Source: Lama guanicoe | Lineage: Eukaryota | Direction of reading: 5' to 3' | Assembly: GCA_013239625.1 (NCBI GenBank) | Contig: MU054391.1 | Location: 4,111,824-4,175,823, forward strand | Length of the DNA: 64,000 bases | In this document: one piece after another, positions 23,151 to 34,759 of the stretch | How positions within the stretch are numbered: position 1 is the stretch's first letter | Layout: every line of letters starts with the position of its first letter | Made by a program: the position numbers and the translations under genes | Notes under the pieces: model-generated | What the model was told of the DNA's origin: nothing | Database searches by the model: none | The model's input: only the letters and a program-made list of their open reading frames with translations

Positions 23151-24094
23151 GTGTCAGTTTCAAGATAGTATGTTGACGGATATATAACTGTCTGGAGGAG
23201 GAAGGATAGTAACTAAACAGCTTTGTTTGTCAAATGGAAAGGGTGTACTGAAGAGCACAGCTGACCAGCCCCAGCAGGAGACATAAATGTGGCAGCTCTC
23301 CATGTGTGGGCAATTTCGTTCATCAGGTAGACCCTACGATAAGGGTCTGTTCTGTGCTGACACTGACTGGGACGGTTTAGCGACTGGAATGGGACAGGCA
23401 GATTCTGTGCGATGGAGTGAGAACACCGCAGCACCTGAGATGGGAGGACCCCAGCCCCCAAAAGGAATAGGGAGAGAAGGACATCGGTGGCCTGTGTCTT
23501 TCACAGTTGTCCTTGGGGCCTTTCCCACAAGGCAAACAACTGGAGACAGCGTCCCTAAACTGCTGCCAGTGCCTCGGATTTAGGTGACGGCTAGGTCTGC
23601 AACCTTCGACTCGGCAGCTCTGGTTACTGCTGGACTGCCATTCCCGTAACTCTAGTGAGAAATCTATCAGAGACAAAAAAGGGCAGCCCAGATCCTGCAC
23701 CTCCTGTGCAAAGCGCCTGCCAACACCCCTGTTTGTGTATCTTCTCCACCCCCATTCCCCTCGCCACCGCTCAGTCACCAGGAGCAAACATGCATCACCC
23801 TCTGGTGAGGTGGGCAAACGGGACAGGCTAGACAGCATACTTCTCTCATTCAGCTACTCCCCAAACAAGCACCAGACACAATTCTTTAAACTGAACTGGA
23901 CAGTCTAATGCCTTTGAGCTGGGGCGGGGCGGGGGGCGGTGTTCATTTTGGATTCATCCTAAGCCTTCTGACTTATGGAAGTGTTGGGGTTCCTAACAAT
24001 TTTAAATAACACTTTCTTTCCAGGTACATGTACACCCCAAGATACACTTGTGTAGGACCCAGGTATTGACTTGCCCTCCCCACAGAAGCATGAA

Positions 24095-24680
24095 GACTTA
24101 GAGTGGTCAAAAGAGAACTTCAGGTGTTTAAGAAAACCAAAGTAGATTGGTATCGCTAAGATGATTGGAGGTGGGGAACTTCACGGAGAGATAACTTACT
24201 ACTTAGGTGTAACCTGCAGGCAGTCATTCTCAGATGGGAGTCATTTAATGAGAAAAAATCACACAAAAAGTATTTTCCACTTTGGTTGAAGTGGTCAGTG
24301 ACATTGCTTCAGCCCTGGAAGGCTTTCAAGTCAGTCCCGAGTCACTGACCAAGGCTGTCACCAATGATACAATTTCCACTGCCTTCTTCCTTGCAGACCA
24401 AGACAGAGCTTGTGCAACTACTAAGATGTTCTGCTGTACCTATATTAATGCCTCGGCAGAGCAGAAACTTAAGGAGCATTTTCTAAGAACTTTCTATACG
24501 AACCTAGTTTTCTAAGGTAGACTTGGATGGTTTGTAGAATTTGTTCTACTGGTTTTATTTGTGATACCATGAGGCATGTTTGAGCTCAGTGATGTAAATT
24601 GGCCTTATTCTGCTACCTGGAGTCCTATTGTTAGCAGTTTTAGTTAAGTGATACAGGAAACAAATTGAATGGATTTAGTC
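24095..24680 (+). pseudogene. env: Decayed gamma-type retroviral env (SU/TM junction and TM subunit)
   Basis: 'RLRVVKREL' cleavage-site-like peptide at ~24095-24120. ORF 24282-24515 gives a heptad repeat, ISD-like 'VTNDTISTAFFLADQDRAC' and CX6CC 'CATTKMFCC-TYINAS'. After a frameshift comes a hydrophobic anchor 'IGLILLPGVLLLAVLVK' (24598-24648). Several stop codons. Confidence 0.85.
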
Positions 24681-24781
24681 CCAGACTCTGTCAGTAAGAT
24701 TAGTCAGAGTGGCTAATAGAATGGCATACTCTTGGAAAACAGGCCAGAATTAAAGACTATGTAGATGTGAGGGTTGGATAT

Positions 24782-25203
24782 TATCAGGAGTCAATTTTAC
24801 ATGGATATCTCACATTTTTACACCCCTTGTGAGCAAGGAAGCATTTACACTTTGTTCTTGAGTATCTTTTCAAGGATGTTTGCAGAGTGAATATTTGGAA
24901 GATAGAGATAGTAAGGCCAGGCATTTTTACTGCCTATTATAAAAATTTGGATGCCTAAGCTCAGAGTTTCTGCAGCCTACTGCTTATTCAGGCACCGTCT
25001 GATTTTCTTTGTCCTTCCTTGTGAAAATTGTGGCTGGAAGAAATAGCTTCAGCAATGTAGATTCTTTGATATAGAAAACTCTAAATAACAAACTGTCCTC
25101 GAACTTTGAACTTGGAGTCATGTGCTTTCTTCCAGCATCTGTGAAACTGTGGGAAGCTAACACATTAGTATATGATAAGGTTATTTCCAGATTTTCTCCA
25201 TCA
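24782..25203 (+). mobile_element. 3' LTR of provirus
   Basis: 'tatcaggagtcaattttacatggatatctc...gccaggcatttttactgcctattataaaaatttggatgcctaagctcag...ccagcatctgtgaaactgtgggaagctaac', collinear with 22823-23150. Confidence 0.75.
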
Positions 25204-25690
25204 GCCCCTTGTTATTCAGACCCCTACTCAAGTGCTGTCTCCTGAGAGAGGTCTTAGCACCTCACCCTCAGTTTTCCTCTTTCCCATGAATGTCCTTTCT
25301 TCTCATTGTAGTCCTTATATATTTTTTAATATTAGTAGTTATGTATATGAACAGGTGACCCTTGAACGACAAGGGTTTGTACCATGTGGTTCCTCTTACA
25401 CATGGATTCTTTTTCCTGATAACTATAAAAGCAGCCCTCGAGATCCATGGACTTGCAGCCAAGGATATGCAAAGCTAACTGTAAGGGAACTTGAGTATCC
25501 ATGGATTTTGATATCCATGGGGGATCCTGGAGCCCATCCCCTGTGGATACTGAGGGACAATTGGATATTGTCCCTCAATTGAATGTATGCTGTGTGAGGG
25601 CAGTAACTATGAACCCACTGTCAGTTCAGTTTCTAGTGCTCAGAGTAGGGCCAGGCATTAAGTCGGCATTCAGTAAATATTGGTTGAATT
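25204..25690 (+). mobile_element. L2, right part (3' terminus), with a nested Tigger MITE
   Basis: 'ttattcagacccctactcaagtg...tcctgagagagg' and tail 'ccaggcattaagtcggcattcagtaaatattggttgaat'. Confidence 0.7.
25352..25563. mobile_element. Tigger2-derived non-autonomous DNA transposon (Tc1/mariner MITE)
   Basis: Left end 'caggtgacccttgaacgacaagggtttgtaccatgtggttcctcttacacatggatt'; right end 'gggggatcctggagcccatcccctgtggatactgagggacaattg'; the two ends are imperfect TIRs. Confidence 0.8.
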
Positions 25691-26611
25691 TACGTGGCTT
25701 TCTTTAGAGAATCATGGGGATTTGTAAGACAAAGATTTCATATGCTCTGCCTTTTCTGTCTGGGTGACTCACACAAGAAATGTACCAGATGCATGAATAT
25801 CTTTTGCTGCAGATATTTGTCTTCAATAACATTTAGCTTATTATAGAAAGAGGTGCTTTTATTAAAGAAGTTTTAGCCAAAATATGGAACATTTCTTGTA
25901 CCATAAAATGTTTAAACAATTGTAAGCAATCAGTTCACAAAAGGAACTATTATTCCATAATTTTGTCCTCCAAATCCACATGGATACCCAAGAACAACAT
26001 AACTTTTCCATTATAATGACTTTTACTGGAAAAAACATATAAATTTTCATTGAAGTAAAAACCTCTTATTGACCAAATAACTTGCTGGGCTGCAATGACA
26101 TGCTGTAATCAGAAGCAGAGGCTTGGATCATTTCAATGGAAAGAGCGGATAGAACTAGAGATCAAGTCACCACATCAAAACCAAAACAAAACAACATAGT
26201 TGATCAAAATCAGTTTTATAGTAAGACATACGCTACATAAGAGTCAATGGTATGATTGAATTCAAGAGACAAAAATGTAGACAGAGTGGATGAAGACCAT
26301 TCTTATTTGAGTGGCTCTGCATTTAATTGCTTTTATCTCATCTTGACATTCTTAGCAATTATTGTAGTGGTGTGTTTTGAAGAAACACAGGCACAGTGAA
26401 AAACACAGATAGCTCATAATTATGTCTAATGCCAAATATTTTAATAAAGACAAAACTCAAATTACTATGCCTTCTTAACAGATAAAGAAGATGACATGGG
26501 CCCATCTGTCCAGTCCCCAGAATGCACTGCAAAAGGTCAGTTCAAAAAACCTAAAATAAATAATTATCATGTTGATGGTTCCTCAGCTCACTGGCTAGTT
26601 GTTCTTCTTCA

Positions 26612-27980
26612 TTAATAGGCATTGTTTCTTAGAGAAGTTTTAGATTTGCAGAAAAACAGAACAAGAAGAGCAGAGAGTTTTCATGTACCTTCACCCCCAC
26701 ACGCCCTCGCATGTATTTCCCCGATTACTAACGTTTTGTGTTGGCACCACACTTTCCTTACACTTGATGGACATATACTGATACCTCAGTATTAGTTAAA
26801 GCCCATAGCTTACATTCGGGTTCCTCTTTGTGCTCTGCATTCTAGGGGTTTGCCAAATTGCACAACATCATATATCCATCATTACAACATCATACAGAAT
26901 AGTTTCACTGCACTAAAACTGTCTCATTCTACACCTACTCCTCCTTTACCCTCCTCACCATCAGCCCCCCAGATCCTGACAAATGTCTTCTTAGTGTCTC
27001 TGGTTTTGATTTTTTCCAGAATGTCCTATGGTTGGAATGACACAGTAGGGAGCCCTTTCTGACTGGCTTCTTTCACTTAACAATATGCACTTAAGGTTTC
27101 TTTTGTGACTCTGTGGTTTGATAGCCATGACATTCTTTCCCTGTTTTAAATAATGTACTTTGATGCACAAAAGTTTTTCACTTCAGGGAAGTTCAGTTAC
27201 CTAGTTTTTCTTTTGCTGTTTGCTCTTTTGGTAGCAAATCTAAGACTCCATTGCCAAATCCAAGTTATGAAGATTTATTCCTAAGAGTTTTATGGGTTTT
27301 ACTCTCATATTTAGGTCAGTGGTGCTTTTTGAGTTATTTCTGTATGTGGCGTGAGGTAAGGAGTCATCTTTTTGCATGTGGAATTCCAGGCGTTCCAGCA
27401 TCACTTGCTGAAAAGACTATTTTTCCCCCATTGAATGGATTTGGTACCCTTGTTGAAAATCAGTTGGCCATATCTGTATGGGTTTGTTTATGGACCATCA
27501 ATTCTACCCGATTGGTCAACGTGTCTATCTTTACACCAGTGCAAGTCATTTATTAGTGTTTCTCTGTGGGAAGTCTTGAAATGGGAGAGTGGAAATCCTC
27601 CAATTTTAGGGTTATTACAAATAAAATTGCTATATATATATATATTCACATACAAGTCTTTGTGTTGACCTTCACCTTCACTTGTCTTGGATAAATACTT
27701 AGGAGTAGAATGATGCTGTCATATGTTAAGTGTATGTTTGTCTAAAAAAAAATCCCCCCAAAACAAACAAAATATTTAACCCCCACTCCAGCCCTACTGA
27801 ACTGTTTTCCAGAGTTGTTACACCGTTTTATGTTCCCAGGAATGTGTGAAAGTTCCAGTTGTTCCACATTCTCATCGACACTTGATGTGATCAGTCTTTT
27901 TTTAATAGTCCATGTATTGTTACAGGCGTAAGGTATAAAGCTGTGATTTTAATTTGCATTTCCCTAGCAAATAAGTAGCA
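26612..27980 (-). mobile_element. Old L1 pieces (L1MC-like 3'UTR 26612-27125; ORF2/L1M fragments to ~27980)
   Basis: 'agttttagatttgcagaaaaa...tatatccatcattacaacatcatacagaatagtttcactgcactaaaa'; 'ttgaaaatcagttggccata'; 'ttttaatttgcatttccct'. Confidence 0.8.
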
Positions 27981-29994
27981 AGTAGGTGTCCCTGAAAGAG
28001 AGTGGCTTTAACATACTAGTTTTTCTCTTTGGGTTTAATCACCGTGTAATCTTTTCCCCTCCCCCAGTTTCTTTGTTTCAGTAGTTCTCTGATGCCTTCA
28101 AGTAACTTCTTTTTGAAACTCAGCGTTTTTTAGTATTTCTTAATGGACGTGCTGGTCTTCTTCAAGCTACTACTTTGAACTCAAAAGCAAAATTTTTGTA
28201 CAGCCCCTCATCTTTGACTTCGTAGATTAATCTTAATATTTTCTCACCTTTTCTCCCTGTTGTCTCTTTGTATTCGTTGTTGTTTGACTTTCTAGGAGAT
28301 CCTCTTGACGTTCTCTTCTACTAATATTTAAATGTGCGTGTATTTCTTACCCTTGCTTCGTCAAAGCTTAGACAGCACCTGCGTCTACATTTGTGGGTGC
28401 AGTGCATTCTCTTCTCGTGGATGCAGCAGATCCTTTGTCTCCTCCCAGGATATTACAGCATCTCTGATACGTGACATGTTCTTCTGCCCCTGCATCATCC
28501 CTCAGTCCTCAGAGTCCCACTTTCCGGCTCTTATTTAAAATTGCAGTGTTTCAAGCAGAGGGGAAGCCTCAAGGAGTGAACTTATAATCCAAACTGAGTG
28601 AGATTTCCTTTATTTAATTTTAAATCAATCCAGCCTTACCAGCTTCTTTCGTTTTCTGCTGGCAAGGAAACTTCCCACCATTGCCACAGAAGTCTCAGTA
28701 ATGACATGTACGGACCTCTGTAGGAAGAGAAAGGGGAAACAGGAAATATGTGCATAAGTGTCCATTAAATGCTTGTTTCTGACTGTTTATCTGCAGAATT
28801 CACTGTATGAGGTTATTGAAGGGCTTTAGGGGTCTTTGCATGCCCTGCACACCCCAGGAAGCTGCCTCACAGGTTAGTAGGAGAACAAGGGATGCTCGTC
28901 CCATCAGATCCCTGCGGGGATTGTAGGGCAGCTTGCAGCTAGTGGAGAAGCTGCCAAATGCGTTTTAAGGGCTTTGTGTCAACAGCTGAAGTGTCTGCAA
29001 TGTGATATCAAAAGTTGAATACGAAACAACTATGCTCTAAGAAATCACGTTCGCCAGGAAGATAAGAAGTCTGTTATTTAACTTTTCCATATAAATTAGA
29101 AATTTAAAAATTGACAAAAATGAAAGCGGGACAGAAATGGCTGTAATCAGTTTTGCCGAGTACACACGCCACGTGCTGATGTATTAGTGACCCGAGGAGG
29201 GTCAGTTATCTTTCCTCTTCCTTCGGAGCTCTCTTTAAGTCAGTATGATGTATTCTTGGACCGCCTCTGTATTTTGTTTTGGTCTGGCCAAGATGTGGTC
29301 CAGCTGATTTTGAATTTAAAAAGTGTGTGGGACAAAGACAGGAACCTGTCGGTGCTCAATTTTGTGTCTTTCAGGTATTCTGGCTCCTTAATTGTATGAC
29401 TTTATTTACTGGATGTTAGAGTGAAAAAGGATTCAGAATCACATTGCGCAGCTTGCAGCTGCATAGCCGGGAAGTGGTTTATGCCAGCACTGCTGCCAGG
29501 CTCTTTCTTTGGTTATGCCCTGTGCCTTGGCAACCATGACCTCAGTGGGGCTTTACCAGGTGGCCAGTCTATGCACCAGACCCAGGGCTGCTGGGGCGCC
29601 CCTGCAACTCATAGCCCTGCTCTAGTCCCCCCGCTGAAATGGAAGCGTTTCCCTTGGTTACAATCATTCAGAGGGGACCACGATTCCGTCAGTACTAAGA
29701 CTGCAAACCCACACCTATTTCAGATCCCATGCTCACCTCACTTTTCATTTAAATAGGAGTTGCGTAACTCCAGGCGAGTTTGTTCCCACCTTGTGCCATC
29801 TTGGTTTTATTTGTCCGTTTCAAAAGGGAATTACAGACATGCAGTCGCTCCTCAGTGATTGCACTTCTCTTGGTTGTCCAAAGAAATGGGAGGGCATGAA
29901 TAGCTTGAACCATTATTGTTATAATAAAACCATCGTCATCATCATCATCATTTTCTTCTCATTTACAATGACTGTCATGTAAGTATATTTTTTC

Positions 29995-30440
29995 AATTTA
30001 CAAAATATATTCATTAAGTGTCTCCCTTAGGGCAGGCACGGTTCTAGGAGCGGAGAATACAGTGGTTTACAAAATGAAAAGTGTTCCTACTCTCCTGAAG
30101 CTTTTATACTAGTAAAGAAGATAAACAACACAGAATCTTTCACTAAGTAAGTACTTCCTGATATTGATCATTTCTAGGTAGAAAATTGAGCATGGCAAGA
30201 CTAGGGCCAGTATTTTACATAGAAGTGAAACATTTGAGCTGAACCCTGAGTAAATGGAAACTTTGGAGAAGAACATCCAGCCAGAAAACATAGCAAGTGT
30301 ACAACTCCTGAGTGAGATGTGAGGGAGAAATGCTGAGGATTACAGACCAGGATGACTTGAGTGTGGTAAAAAAGGGAAGAGAGCAGATGCTTGGAACTGA
30401 GGATGGTTGTGTAAGCAAAGGGCAGATCATACAGGTCTTT
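29995..30440 (-). mobile_element. L2 fragment
   Basis: 'aaaatatattcattaagtgtctcc...ggcaggcacggttctagg', 'agaagtgaaacatttgagctgaaccctga'. Confidence 0.65.
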
Positions 30441-30604
30441 ATGGAATATAGTAAATTAGATCAAATTAAATCAAAGCATTCCCCTGTTAAAAATTTGCTA
30501 AAAAATTCTCATACACCAGCAAGAGAATCCTCATGTATTAATATATGAGAAAAACTTAAGCAGTTCTTCAACGAGAGAGTGCTTTAGTCTAATCCTTTTA
30601 AAAG

Positions 30605-31275
30605 GTTATTTGTGTTGGTAAGGATTTGGGGAAATTGGAACTCTTGTGCACTGTTGGTGGGAATGTAACATGGTGCAGCCCCATGGGAAACAGTATAATG
30701 TTTACTCAAAAAATTAAAAATAGAATCATCATATGATCCAGAAATTCCACTTCCTGGTAAATACCTCAAAGAATCGAAAGCAAGGTGTCAAAGGGATACC
30801 TGTGTCTTTATGTTCATAACAGCATTATTTACAATAGCCAAAGGGTGGAAACAACCCAAGAATCCATCAACAGGTAAATAAACAAAAGGTGGTTTATGCA
30901 TATAATGGAATACTATTCAACCTTAAAAAAGATAGGAAATTCTGACACATATCACAACAGATGAGCCTTGAGGACACCATGCTAAGTGAAATAAGCCAGT
31001 CACACAAAGACAGACACTATGTTTCCACTTATATGAGGCACCTAGAGTAGTCAAATTTATAGAGACAGGAAGTGGGCAGGGGCTTAGGGGAGGGGTAAAT
31101 GAATTGTTTAATAGGTACAAAGTTTTAGTGTGGGTTAGTGAAAAAGTTCTGGAAATAGACTGTGGTGATGGTTGTACAACAATATGAATGTAGTTAACAC
31201 TGTCCACTGAAAAACAGTTCAGATGGTAAATTTTATGCTATGTGCATATTACTACAATTAGAAATTTGTAAAAAC
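30605..31275 (+). mobile_element. L1MB-type 3' end (ORF2 tail plus 3'UTR)
   Basis: 'ggaaattggaactcttgtgcactgttggtgggaatgtaa...atgctaagtgaaataagccagtcacacaaagac...gatggtaaattttatgctatgtgcatattactacaatt'. Confidence 0.9.
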
Positions 31276-31329
31276 TGAAAAAGTAAGATTATTTTTTGTG
31301 TGTGTTTGCTTGTTTTAGCACAGATTGCG

Positions 31330-31601
31330 AGAAGACAAACATAAAAGCATGGAGACCTGGTGGGAAGGTAAGCATATTTCATTTCCAGCCCAGATGTGAT
31401 GGAAGCTTGGACAAGTACGTCACTAGTAGCCTTGACTAGATGGCAAATGCAGACAGAGGTTATAGACAGCCCATCCTAGGAGGTTCATGTAAAGGCAGCA
31501 TTTTAACAAGAGTGGATGTAGGGTAAAGAGTGTGTGTGTCTGTGTGAGAGAGAGAGAGAAAGAGAGAGGAGGAGAGAGAGAGGGGAGGAGAGAGAGAGAG
31601 G

Positions 31602-31636
<35 letters not shown>

Positions 31637-31980
31637 GGCTATCACAGCCCTACACTATAAATGTTGATGGAAAAATGCATTAGGGCAAGAAATACTGATG
31701 ATTCAGAAGAAAGGGAGATGGATAAAGACACAGAGCCTTTCACTAGGTGTTTGGCAATCAGATTGAGTGAACGTTTGGAGGACCTGCCCTTAAATAGTAT
31801 GGATGAAAGTTCATCTATGGTAAAATCTAGGGTGAAAAACAGAGAAGGCAGGATGTGGGGCCCAATGCTGTAGGTCAGTAGTTTGGATTTCAGAAAGATG
31901 GTATAGTTCTCATGAATGATTTCTGCTTCATCAACGAAATAAGAAGTGGGGTTGTTATTTGGGAGTGAAGAAGAGGACAA
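31330..31980 (-). mobile_element. L2 fragment containing a microsatellite
   Basis: 'ccagcccagatgtgatggaagcttggac', 'cactaggtgtttggcaat', 'gaatgatttctgcttcatca'. Confidence 0.5.
31530..31633. repeat. Compound (GT)n-(GA)n microsatellite / polypurine tract
   Basis: Read directly; uninterrupted purines from ~31546 to 31633. Confidence 0.95.
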
Positions 31981-33175
31981 CTCATTGCTGAAGGTTAAAG
32001 AGTAGAAGTATGAAATCGTTGTCTGAATGGGTGAGGGAGCAAATTAATTAGGGAAATGCAGGAGGCTGATACAGCAAGCCTTGCAACCCATTTGTGATTT
32101 ATGCGAATTGTACATAATCTCCTTTATTCATCATAGCATTTTTCCAAGATAGGCATTATTTTGCTCAAATTTACAGGTGCATAGCCCAAGGCTAGGAGGG
32201 TGGGGTGAGCAGTAAATCTCATATCTTTCCAAGTTCTTTCCATTTTGTCAAGGTTGCACCTCAAGGTGCATTCCGTAGGTTCTACCATGTGCCCAGCATC
32301 TGACCTCTCTCATTTTACTTTATCATAACAATACCTTTGCCTCAGATAAAAGAGAGCTTCAATGACAAGTGTAGGCAACTTCCCAAGGCCACAGGAAACA
32401 GAAGCAAGTTTCAAATGATTTGGGCTCCAAAGCCCACTGTCTTCCATCCATACTCATGCCCCCGGTGCAGAGCGACACCTTCAGGAGAGGCAGAGACCTA
32501 GATTACCTAAAACGTAAGCTTTGGGAAGTTCATAGATTAAGATCCTAGGGATTAGGTTTTAACTCTTTGTTGAGAAATAAAATAATCTGAGGCCCAAAGT
32601 TAAGCAAAATAAAAACTACTGCCAAGTTTCCCAAGTTCTAGTTCCATACTATCTCTTCTTGGAGTTACTGGCAGAAAGCATTTTATTTAAATAAACTGAA
32701 TTCTTTGGAAAGGTCCAGTCTAATATGCTCAAGTCTAATGTTTTGTCTGGTATTTTCCTAGACAAAAGACAAGGCTCCAAGTATACTTCGGGGTTGGTGG
32801 AATTCTGTAGTAGAAGTCGGGTAGCTGGCTGGTCTGGTGTTTGAATGTGACCTTGAACATGACTTGCTGCTCAGCATGGTTTCCATCATCAGCTCATGTT
32901 CTCTGAGTACCTGTCAGACATCACGCCTTGTCCCAGTCTGACATGTGTAAATAGTTAAAGATTTCATCTTAAAAATAAGTAGTTCATAATTCTTCCCTGA
33001 TGCAGCGTTTAATGTCATTGGATCTAAAATTAAGATGCTTTACCATTTGTAAGTATAACACCAAAACAGAGTGATAGATCTGATTATATATTTAAAACCA
33101 TCTATATGTCAGAACTACCATAAGCAAAGTTATACAGTGAGGTGTGAAAGAAATTGCAAAGTACACATCAAAAAA

Positions 33176-33731
33176 TTCCATACCAACAGTGTAGGAAGGT
33201 TCCCTGTTCTCACACCCTCTCCAGCATTTATTGTTCGTGGACTTTTTAATGATGGCCATTCTGACTGGTGTGAGGTGATAACTCATTGTAATTTTGCATT
33301 TCTCTACTAGTTAGTGGTATTGAGCATCATACTAAGTGAAATAAGCCAGAAAGAGAAAGAAAAATGCCATATGATATCACTTATATGTGGTAGCTAAAAA
33401 AAAATGAGCAAATAAATTTATTTACAAAATGGAAACAGACTCACAGTCATAGAAAACAAACTTGTGGTTACTAGGCGGGGGAAGGGGTAGGGAGAGATAA
33501 GTTGGGAGTTCAGGATTTATGGATACTAACTACCATACATAAAATAGACAAACAACAAGGTCCTACTGTATAGCACAGGGAACTCTATTCAATACCTCAA
33601 AATAGTCTATAATGAAAAAGAATATGAAAAGGAATATATACACATATGCATATAACTGAATCACTATGCTGTACATCAGAAATTAGCACAATATTGCAAA
33701 CTGAGTATAGGTCAGTAAAACAAGCAAACAA
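33176..33731 (+). mobile_element. Young L1 with 5' inversion (twin-priming structure)
   Basis: 33176-33327 is antisense ORF2 ('YHLTPVRMAIIKKSTNNKCWRGC' on the - strand); 33328-33731 is sense ORF2 end, 3'UTR and A-rich tail. Confidence 0.9.
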
Positions 33732-33759
33732 AAAGACGTGTCAAAGATCAGACACAATT

Positions 33760-34230
33760 AAAAAAACAAAAAAATCCACAATATATATAGGAAAACAGAA
33801 ATACGATTATATGAATATAGACAAAGCGTATACAAATAATCTACAATGGAAAATACAAATGACTAACAGATATAAAAGGTGTCCATCCTACAAAAGAGAA
33901 AAATACAATGAGATATAATCGCTACCTATCTAGCTAGAAAATAATAATTTTAAATTAAATATAAACAAACCATTATTAAAAATTGAAAAGGCTAAGGATT
34001 TGTGAGGGTGAAGAAATTCTCTGTGTACCCACTGTGGATAAAACTTTTATGGAAGCGAACTTCTTTATACGTAAAAGCATGAAAAATATTCACACCTTTT
34101 AGACAGCAGCTTCACTTCTAGAAATGTACCCTGAAGGAGTAAATAACTAAGTGAGCCAAAACAGACATATAAGCAGCTGTCTTGGTGACATGCCAACACC
34201 ATTGGGACCACTGGGAATCTTGAAATAGAG
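33760..34230 (+). mobile_element. Old L1M ORF2 remnant
   Basis: 'ggaaaatacaaatgactaacagatataaaaggtg', 'cacttctagaaatgtaccctgaagga'. Confidence 0.6.
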
Positions 34231-34759
34231 AATATGGGTGCTGTGAGTCCTAAAAAAGACTTAGTCATTTCTGTAAATCGCTCAGAGACTCAATATAGTG
34301 TTCCTTACATTTATTTAGTCACCATTTATTTGATGGTTATATGCCTAAATGTAAGAGACCTGTCTGCAGGACCAGACAGGAATGATAAGACATAATGACC
34401 AATTACTCATTTCTCAATCTTTAAAGCTTCTCTGCTAGTTGACTTAGACGTGGTCCTTAAGTTTTATGAAAAGTATATGAAGATGTAAATTCCAGACTCA
34501 CAAATTTATTAAATTAAGGGAGCTGTGTGGAGAAAACTAGATGATGCATATAAAATCCCTAGCATGCTACCTGCCACACAGTAGGTACTCAAAACACAAT
34601 AGTTAGCACAATAAGATTATCCCAATGTTGTTGTCATTGCCAGATTCACACCAAGTTTCCTCAAATGCCCATTCCTTTCTTCTCGCCTTCCCTACATTTT
34701 TCTCTATTCCTGCCTCCTGTCTTTCATACTTTTGCCTTTCTACTTTTCTTCTCTTTCAA

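Larger units (their letters stand above)
22823..25203 (+). mobile_element. Internally deleted endogenous retrovirus with two LTRs (MER89/MER90-like, tentative) and an env remnant
   Basis: Two diverged direct repeats flank ~1.6 kb that holds an env TM remnant. A PPT-like 'gatgtgagggttggat' precedes the 3' LTR, and the host L2 continues on both sides. Confidence 0.8.

Noticed and set aside
23377..23838. 153 aa ORF antisense within the provirus
   Set aside because: It is on the opposite strand to env and has no retroviral motifs; probably chance.
31319..31367. Exon-like segment (ttttag|...aag|gtaagc)
   Set aside because: It sits in repeat-derived DNA, is not frame-preserving and has no independent support.
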